A DNA stretch of 64,000 nucleotides, from contig JAQGDQ010002381.1 in NCBI GenBank assembly GCA_030141605.1, positions 62,001 through 126,000 of the forward strand, read 5' to 3'. The notes beneath the pieces are model-generated. The model saw only the letters and a list, made by a program, of their open reading frames with translations. It did no database searches and had not been told where the DNA came from. Position 1 is the stretch's first letter. The number at the start of each line of letters is the position of its first letter. Origin of the DNA: Tubiluchus corallicola (taxonomy: Eukaryota; Animalia; Priapulida). This document shows positions 55,001 to 64,000 of this stretch, piece by piece. The position numbers and the translations under genes were made by a program.

Positions 55001-57843
55001 TCATCTCAAAACGAGTGTGGCGGGACCCGAACTATTCTCACTCATCATCAGGGATAAGCCTGTACGATGAGACAGTGACCCAGCAAAAATATTCAGTACG
55101 TACAATTGCATGCGCGTGTCTTCCTCGAGAAAAGAAATGACTGAATATCGGCTGTCACCTCTCCATTAACTAACCAGATCTGGCGTTACTTAACCTTGCA
55201 GCTAAGCACGCACTGCCGGCCCTGTCTTATTTTCGGAAACATTACAACTTAAAATTCAGATGTAGTGTTTGTAGTTCTATTTCTAATGAAAGTGTGGTAA
55301 CGGTGTTTTAGTAAATACAGGTGCGTCTCAAATAATTGTCAAAAATATAAATACCTTGGCCTTTGCGCCTGTCATCACAACCGCAGTTTTCAAATTCTCC
55401 AGAACTACAGTTTCGGGTCAACGTGTACATAACTCCAGCTGAACTGATGGCATGAACAAATGAGGTTTCCCGTGTTGCTGAAAACATTGTTACTGTTTTA
55501 GCCGAATAGTCCTTTTTAAAATTATCTAGTGTAAATGTAACGTGATCAAATGAGATGTAATACGGCAATTTCATATATAATAGCATCGACGACGATAACG
55601 ATATGTGATGGTGGAGCTGCTGCTGCTGACGATGTTGATGATGGTGATGGTAGTGAAGAAAACGAAGGTGACATAATGATGATGATGATTATCCTATGTT
55701 GAAAATTGGTGTTTCATATTTGCAAGAGATTAAAAATACTGAAAATGCTGAATGCTTATCTACAAAACACTTAATCAGGCCCTATGATGTAGTAATGTAA
55801 TGTAATATAATGTAATGTAATGTAATGTAATGTAATGCAATGCAATGCAATGCAATGCAATGCAATACAATACAACACAATGCAATACAACACAATACAA
55901 TACAATACAATATAATATAACATAATATAACATAATATAACATAACATAGCATAACATAGCATAACATAACATAACATAACACAACACAACATAATATAA
56001 TATAGTATAATATAATATTTTTACCTGCAGGAACACTGTGAGAATAAAGGGGTAATGACGATCGAGGACAGTTCCATCTCTCCCAGGCAAACTGATGCTG
56101 GCACTCTTCCATCCCAATTTGTGCTCCTGCTGCCACACTCGCAGAAAACGTCAAATACGCCTGAAAACAAACGGACGAATGAAAACGAAAGAATGAGTGA
56201 ACGAATGTATTATTGATTCTATGGACGAATGAACGAGTGACTGACTGACTGACTGAATGAATGAATGAACGAATGAACGAACGAACGAACGAATGAATGA
56301 ATGAACGAACGAACGAATGAATGAATGATTGACTGACTGAATGAATGAATGAATGAATGAATGAATGAATGAATGAATGAATGAATGAATGAATGAATGA
56401 ATGAATGGAGTCGCCAAAAGAAAGAAAAAAGGAAAAGGAAAATAAAACCAATCAATCAGCTAGTAATCAGTCAATCAATTCATAGAAACATCGTTCAGCC
56501 TATAAAGCAGTACATTATTAGTCACACAAGCCACAACCAACATTACAAGCTGCTACACAACGAGAAAGTCTTTTACTAACGTGAAATGATTGTGGCGGGA
56601 ATGAAATCTCTTCAATATCAAAGATATTTTTTTAAATGAGACACTGAATCAACAGGGGTGCCTTGGCCTTAATTGTGCATCCCCCTCAAAAGAAAAGAGC
56701 TACTGTAGCATGTGACAGTATACGGGAAATTAAAGTAATAAGAAGCAGATTTCCTGCCTGTTACTCATCAGGCTCGACGATGCTTAACTTCATAACTAGT
56801 CCTGCACCTTGACCATTTAGTTATTTTCTCGGTATAATAGAACAAGTCAAAAATGAACACCAACGTTTTTCGTACAATTCCTCTGTGAAATCATATCTAA
56901 CGCTTCGGTAGCTACGTCATTAATTAACTCATTCGAGGGTTAATAAGCCAAATTTGCCAGTCGGCTAAAACTCAATAGAGTTGCGGAAATTTTTGTTTGC
57001 TATTTGCACCTCGTCGTGTGGCAGGCGCCAATTACCTTATTGTTACACCATACTCGAACACGATTCGAAGTTATTAGCCTAATTCAGCTCCCCTGAAGTT
57101 ACCGACAAGCGTGTCCAGACTTTGGCTGGTCGGATTTAGAGGCAGTGGTCAATAACTAGTATGGACCTAACAGGAGAAGCAAGCATTGCTACTTGTTGAG
57201 CAATGTATTTCCGACTTCCGGTGAAGGGGTTAATAACATTTTTTGAAATAAATACTCCAACAAAGCTTGTAATCACACAGGAATAGATATTAATCTAAAT
57301 TAAGTACAGCTTGGAATGTTGCTGTAAGAAAACTTTGGAATTTACTGTTTAGATCACACAAATACTGTCTTCCTTTTATATGTGATATCGTTCCGCCAGT
57401 TAAACAGTTACAGAAACCGTTTGTTAAATTTACCATAGTTGTTTAAATAGTGAAAATCGCATAGCCAATTTTTTTACACACAATTCTCGATTTCATGGCT
57501 CTTGTAATGGGTTATAATTTGTTATCTATTTGTAACGAGTACAAAACTTTTTACACAAATGAAAATTTTCTTTCTAAAGTTTTTTCCTGTACATGAGATG
57601 TAAAAAGTAATGTTAGCAAAGAACAAATACGGACTGTAAATTTCATTACCGAAGTTACTTGGGCTCTAGAACGTAATTGTTTTAATTTTCTGACAGGAAT
57701 GAGTTGTACGCCATACTAGCATATCTTACTCTCACTTAACGGTATATATTCACATTGCTTACTATTCTTGTTGACTAATGTTATTTTGCTTGTTAATCTG
57801 TTTGTTTATTTTATGTGATTGTTCCACGAGTACGAATGAAATG

Positions 57844-57916
<73 letters not shown>

Positions 57917-57957
57917 TGTGTGTGTGTATATATGTGTATATATATATATATATATAT

Positions 57958-57995
<38 letters not shown>

Positions 57996-60900
57996 CTGTT
58001 ATCTAACACATAAGATTAACGTGAGAAAGAAAGCACGTATAAGAAAGATTTAGTTTATTTAAGCTTGCTGTTTAAAAAATTAATAAAATCTTCATTAATG
58101 TTTGTTAGATTAGGTATGGCTGCACTTGATTTACCCTGCATGCTTATCAGGCTGTGCTTCACAAATAAATGTGACCAATTACAGAGCATACAGAATATTA
58201 TGCCGCAGGAATATTGAGCTTCGCTTTTTATTTTATATCTATTTACTCAACTTTAAAATCTGACTACAAAACGTCCATAGAAATGTTTTTGTTACCTCTT
58301 TTACCTCTAAAATGCTCGTCGTTTGCAGTATCGGAAAACAAAAGTTCTGAATTCCTTGTTTTCTGTTTTATTTTCCCCTTTTTGGTGATAATTTTTAGTA
58401 ATTCATTCCACAGCCTTTTCTAAGAATGTTGATTTATTCTTAATCCGAATAGTATATCAAACTATCTAAAGAAACGCTAAGTACAAAATAAAGAAAATTA
58501 CTTTTTTTACACAAAATGTACCATTATTTGTAGTACTCACAACTGAACGTCTGCCTCTGTAAATACAAATTGCAGAAATTAACTAAAATCATTTTTGTAT
58601 ATTAATCGTTTCTTTAAATTTTTAATCATTTCAAAAGTGCACGAATTTCAGCTAAGCACTGATCTTTGATAACACATCGTACAGAAAAGTTTTGGCAAAT
58701 GACAGATGGCACCCTATGAAAAAACGAAAAACCAATATGTATATAAAACTAGCAAGCAAGCGTAATGAAAGGTCTAATCATTTCATCTTTCAGTTATGCT
58801 CCAGAGATTGCTCAAAAGCCGTCCAATGAATTTGGATAAAACGCACTCTGACGAAGAGAATAGTTTCAAGTTTAACAACAAACAGCAAATAAACCACTAC
58901 TGCAAATTCGTGTTCAAGAACAGATCATATTTTTACTTAGGAGACAATCAGAACAAGAAATAGCAATGGGGCCAAGAAATAACAAACAAAAACAAGAGCA
59001 CGTTGAACAAGATCGCACAGGACTTAAAATCCCAATATCCTGGTCAATGTACTAAAGCTAGACTATGGACGGATGGCTGTATCATGTCCAAACAACAAAC
59101 CATGAATACATACCGACGTTTAGAGATTATAGTGCATCCGTATTGTCAAGGTATAATAGGTGATTAACAAGACAATACTTTCCTATCATTACATATTACA
59201 CGCACCCAATGTGTTATGTTAAACATGATAATCTACCGCGAGATAATCCAGAGCCTTGAGATTAGCTTAATAAAGGCATAATGCAGAGCAGACAGGTTAT
59301 GCGGAGTCCATTCAGAATGGGATGGCTTACTGGTTTAAATGGAGTGTTTTCATCTTACTTGTGATCCAGTTTATACGGTTGCAATAGGGCACAAAAAGGA
59401 ACAAATTTTCCCACGAGAATATTTTTGCAAGGAAGTCTTTCGGGAAAAATTGGCGGTGACTTTCAGCCCGTCTTAAAAATTAGTGCATCACCAAATCATA
59501 TATTAATAAATATAATAATTAAAAAAGGTATGCCTATGTAAAATTAACTGGGTCAAATATAGTATAATTCTCATACTTTAAAAGAAGACAGAATGATTTT
59601 TCATATTCAAGTACGGTAAAAGTATACATTTTAACACAAATAATACTGCAACAGCGTTTCTGATAATTATATAATACATTAAAATCTTAATTAACAACGG
59701 GCGAGCCCAACTGTTGATTACATAAAAAACTAACGTAATTTTCAACAGCAAATACATTCCACATGAATGGAGTGTTTTCATCTTACTTGTGATCCAGTTT
59801 ATACGGTTGCAATAGGGCACAAAAAGGAACAAATTTTCCCACGAGAATATTTTTGCAAGGAAGTCTTTCGGGAAAAATTGGCGGTGACTTTCAGCCCGTC
59901 TTAAAAATTAGTGCATCACCAAATCATATATTAATAAATATAATAATTAAAAAAGGTATGCCTATGTAAAATTAACTGGGTCAAATATAGTATAATTCTC
60001 ATACTTTAAAAGAAGACAGAATGATTTTTCATATTCAAGTACGGTAAAAGTATACATTTTAACACAAATAATACTGCAACAGCGTTTCTGATAATTATAT
60101 AATACATTAAAATCTTAATTAACAACGGGCGAGCCCAACTGTTGATTACATAAAAAACTAACGTAATTTTCAACAGCAAATACATTCCACATGTTGTACG
60201 TGTTTGTAAAAGGGAAAATTGAAGTACGGTACTTCTGTATGAGATTCAGTGTGTTGTATTAAAACTCGGCAAGTTTTAAGATAAAAAAAAGTTCAAATTT
60301 CAAGTTTACCGCTGCACTCATGCATGAGCTATCGAACGTGTGTAGTTCGTCACAAACTAACACATCTGAACTGAGAAGTACAGGCGCTATTGCCCGTATA
60401 ACTAGCGTATAGTGAAATGCATGTAACAGCGAAGAACTAGTGTCAAGAACGTGAAATTGTGTTTGTGTGGTAATAATTCTTTCACGTAAGTCATTTTTGA
60501 AAAAAAGTACGTTTCCTTTCAACATTTTAAAGACTGTATTGTTTTGACTTAAAGTTTAAGATTGGATACGGTTTTGCTTTAAATTCTCTTTCATTTTTAT
60601 GATTAATACGAAAAATTTTTGAACACTAATAATGCTTAACATTTTATTTTACGTTAAAAATATGCCTTCAGTAGATGTGCATTGTGCAAACTTTATAACA
60701 CATCATAAAGGGGAACAAACGAACAAAACAAAAATCGCTAGTCTGAACAGTGAACGCCAAATCTGCATTCAGAAGGTACAACAGGCCATACTAGCTAACC
60801 TGAGTAAAATCTTAAAAGAATTTTTCCATACATTCAACATTTTCCAATTATAATTTAATTGACGTATATATACGCTGCAATTTTATATACAGATTTTTTA

Positions 60901-63133
60901 TATTAATAATTCGTATAAACTTTATTTAAAAGTTTCTAACTCGCAATTGTAGTGGCTTTTATGTTAACTAAACTTGCATGTTTTGTATTTGTAAAAAACG
61001 CACAAATTTCTCACCTTGGGACCAGTCATCAGGAAATTGTTCACCGTCCTAAAAATAAAAACAAATAGATTATTTGTTTTAGGTGTAAATTATTTGCGCA
61101 TTTCTTGTGTTAAAAATGTCGTGTTAGCTAGTATGCATGACATTGAATTGAATAGAATTTGTTGACTAACAGAGATAAAGTATATTAACAATACATCACA
61201 TACAAAGTTGTAAAGAGTTAGTCCTAATTAATAGCGGTAACGATGAGTCTAAATGGTCAGTCACACGGATAAAAACACAGGCTTACAATGAACGAAGTGA
61301 TTACAACAAAATCATGTCAGATAGTTAAAAATATAAAAAGTTTAACAAATATAACACTCAATTAAAGAACTCAATTGAAGAACAAAATTTATAAGACTTA
61401 TTTGTAGACAACTGTAGCATCAAATGATATAAGAACAGATTGAAGCTGTCATGTGGATACTCGATTGCTGGATACTGGATCGCCTAATATTGTTACGCAT
61501 ATCATGATGCTATAAACGTTATTAATATATTATATCAACTGCTATAGCTAAACTACGTTTACGTTTTTCTTATGCTTTAAAAACGAATATTCTGGGGAGG
61601 AAGTATCCAAAATCTGCGCTATAATTTAAAAAAAAATAACTCGAAGGTTTTGCGTACTGCTAGGGCAAAGTAAACGGTTTTAAAGTCGTACTTGTTGTTT
61701 GTTAAAATGCTTCTCATAACAATAAATAATAATTATAACTTAGAACGCCAATTATAAATTAATTGCTATTAGTACGGCAGTATCTAAAGTTTGCATACGA
61801 GATGAATTTTATTTAACTGATAAAATGTACAACCAGGGAAGAAAACTTAGCCTATTTAAATGGTGAAAAAAAATTCTCAATTTCGTTAACTTTTCAGTTA
61901 TTTCGATTTTATAATGGTAAAAAATTTCGAATTATTTGAGCAAATTTCAAACCAATTCTTTGATCTGCTTTGTTTCACATGTTCTTTTATTTTAGGAAAT
62001 TTAACTACGCCTTTTTGTAATTGTCATAGTGTAAAATGTGGTGATATTCATAATCAAAATTCTACATTTATTCTAGATTTACCCACAGTTGTATTCATTA
62101 ATCAAAGAGGTTACTAATGTCACTGTGTTTGTACCGACTAATGACTTTTACCGAGTAAATATAAAGTTTGGTACTTTGGTGAATTTATCTGCCAACCTTG
62201 CTTTTTAAGACTTACTAAATACATCACAATAAGTTTATGAAAATGTATGACGGCTTTGGCTTACCTGCACGCACGAATGTTAATTAGGCTGTTTATATAA
62301 ATATGGCCAATTAGAGATCATACAGGACTATATTCCAAGAATATCGAGGTTTGGTTTTTATTTTATATCCGTTTACTTAACCTAATTTTGTCTATGAAAC
62401 GTCAATAGAAACGTTTTCGTCATCACTTTTAGCCCTTTGACAAAATCCGCGTCATTTGCAATATTGAAAGTCTAAGTCTATATGCAATATGCAATAGTTT
62501 AAGTGACAAGAACTTTTTCTTTTTTTCTCGTTTCATTATTTTATTGATGAAATAACTAATAGTTGGTTTCACAATTTTTTCTCCTATAGTTATTTTATTC
62601 TTAATAAAATAAATCCAAATTGTATATCAAAATTAGGTTGTAAAAATACGCGGGAGTACAAATACTCAAGTTGTAAATCGAACGTACAAAATAAAGAAAA
62701 TTATTTGACTGTTTATATAATTATTTATATCAGTCAAAAGTCAACATATGCAAGCTTCGCACTGTAAACGCAAATTACAAAACCTGACTGAAATTAATTT
62801 CGTGTATTAATCTTTTCTTAAATTGTAAAAATAACATTTAATTTTAAATAATCTAATTACTATTTTCCTACCAATAATAATAAATGTCGAAAAGCGAATA
62901 TCTTTGGGATTAACGAATTAATCACCTAGAAAACTAAACATTATTACACAATGAAGCAAATTTTTATATATGTACGAAGACAGGTGTATAAACATTTTCG
63001 CACAAACGCCCTTTTAAAATATTTAAAAAACTAGTAGAGTGACAAAAACTTACCATGAATACGCACTCAAACTACAAAAAGATATTAAAAGCAGCGTTTC
63101 ATGCAACACTTTTAAGTGTCGATATTTGCACAT
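52028..63133 (-). CDS. wnt8: Wnt8 secreted signalling ligand, 7 coding exons, ~336 aa
   Basis: Exons 63133-63054, 61048-61015, 56160-56025, 55477-55355, 54579-54437, 53875-53605, 52251-52028 (1011 nt). Wnt8-typical [26 protein letters not shown]; [62 protein letters not shown]. Confidence 0.95.
52780..53340. repeat. (AAAGT)n microsatellite with a degenerate flank to ~53560
   Basis: Direct reading. Confidence 0.97.
54685..54829. repeat. (CTAAA)n microsatellite
   Basis: Direct reading. Confidence 0.97.
54950..55226 (-). mobile_element. Possible 5S-derived SINE relic in Wnt8 intron 4
   Basis: Minus strand 55196-55150 AGGTTAAGTAACGCCAGATCTGGTTAGTTAATGGAGAGGTGACAGCC matches 31/47 ungapped to this window's 5S box A-box C region; followed by a GC-richer body; boundaries approximate. 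Confidence 0.5.
55790..56015. repeat. Graded pentanucleotide microsatellite (AATGT, AATGC, AATAC, AACAT)
   Basis: Direct reading; abuts the Wnt8 exon 3 donor. Confidence 0.9.
56225..56406. repeat. (GAAT/GAAC/GACT)n microsatellite
   Basis: Direct reading. Confidence 0.93.
57290..57991 (+). mobile_element. Degenerate LINE 3' end with (TA)n/(TG)n tract
   Basis: [22 protein letters not shown] resembles an ORF2 C-terminus; microsatellite at 57843-57991. Confidence 0.55.
59338..60193. repeat. 428-bp head-to-tail duplication
   Basis: 59338-59765 and 59766-60193 appear identical by eye. Confidence 0.93.
60020..60581. mobile_element. Dispersed repeat family X, copy 3
   Basis: Similar to 31545-32135 and 45960-46531; ends GCTTTAA. 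Confidence 0.75.
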
Positions 63134-63319
63134 CGTAATTGTTCACAGATAATTAACTTCGTTTTTCTGTAAATATTTTTTAACAAATTGATATTATCTT
63201 CTTCTGCTAATTAATCAACTTGATATCAGTTGTTTCTTTCACCTGATAAGAATCAACATGCAATTTATCACCTACTGACACCCAACTTACCTGGACCAGA
63301 AGGAGGAGTCAGATACCTT

Positions 63320-63530
63320 CTTAACCAATCACGTCCTGGCGGCATTGATTAGAACAAAGGCAACACCTATCAATAACAAAAATAGCTGACGCCGATTCCA
63401 TAAAGGCACGCTTTCAACTCACAGGTACGGCAGGTAAGTTGTTTTTGTATTGTTCCAGCAAAGAGCATCCTTTCCCTTTTTGACCGTATGGGTCTTTTGT
63501 CGGAATCTCGGCACCTTTGATGTTTACTTT
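63320..63530 (-). promoter_or_regulatory. Putative Wnt8 proximal regulatory region
   Basis: CCAAT at ~63325; HMG-box-like AACAAAGG at ~63353; TCF/LEF consensus CCTTTGATG at 63514-63522 overlapping Fox-like TGTTTAC. Confidence 0.4.
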
Positions 63531-64000
63531 ATTATATATACCTGTACTATATGCTCACCATATTTTTGTCTCTTACGTAAAAAAATGGCCGTGTGTCATA
63601 GTCAGCTTTTGATATGATCAGAGCCACTGTTTATTAAATTTCTTATTGTAGTAATTATGTAGGCCTAAATGTAGCTTTGGTGGATTTTGATTTTAACTCT
63701 TATATTATACGTGATTACGTGCCTCAGTTACCCATTGTTAGTGTAGTTAAATATGTGGGCATTCAACTTAACACAAAATCTTGCAGAGTAAATTTGTTAA
63801 AGTTCAAATATTTGTTTTATAATCCAGGTATAGTCATTTGAATTCGATTATAAATCACTTACAAATTAATAAATTTTAAAAATTAAACTTGACTGAAAGG
63901 CAGAAAATGTGAAAAAGTCGAGATTGAGATTAGACTTATGCTTAAGCGTTACACCAGGCAATCCTTAGGAACGTAGCAGATTTTAAATAATTATTAATGG

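Noticed and set aside
56745-56775. Minus-strand CTGATGA...GAAA second hammerhead candidate (also 21844, 45386, 55046)
   Set aside because: No pairing stem II, or no GAAA at the right distance

Overview
AT-rich, intron-containing animal (invertebrate-like) genomic DNA. The taxon cannot be fixed from sequence alone. 0.3-15.4 kb: a decaying 5S rDNA locus in two blocks (~0.77-0.96 kb units). Every spacer read also carries a second, strongly diverged 5S internal-control-region remnant. The locus is broken up by a dead BEL/Pao LTR element, a TSD-flanked retroposon tail, a 17-bp minisatellite starting at a broken 5S copy, a secreted Gly/Tyr/Arg-rich protein gene, a LINE remnant, inverted 5S copies of a second sequence type and a C-type lectin exon. 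16.9-46.8 kb: three paralogous 6-exon clan-2 cytochrome P450 genes. The first two are head-to-head with ATGs ~340 bp apart. The middle gene has lost the 3' half of exon 3 and is a probable pseudogene. The third has its exon-5 splice donor amplified into seven tandem copies. 52.0-63.1 kb (minus): a complete Wnt8 gene with 7 coding exons. The rest is MITEs, LINE tails, mini- and microsatellites, a 5S-derived SINE-like relic and a degenerate hammerhead-like motif. All exon models and alignments were made by eye and no searches were run. I found no clearly new biological system. The best candidates are the composite gene-plus-pseudo-ICR 5S unit with its dispersed 5S-derived elements, and the splice-donor array.
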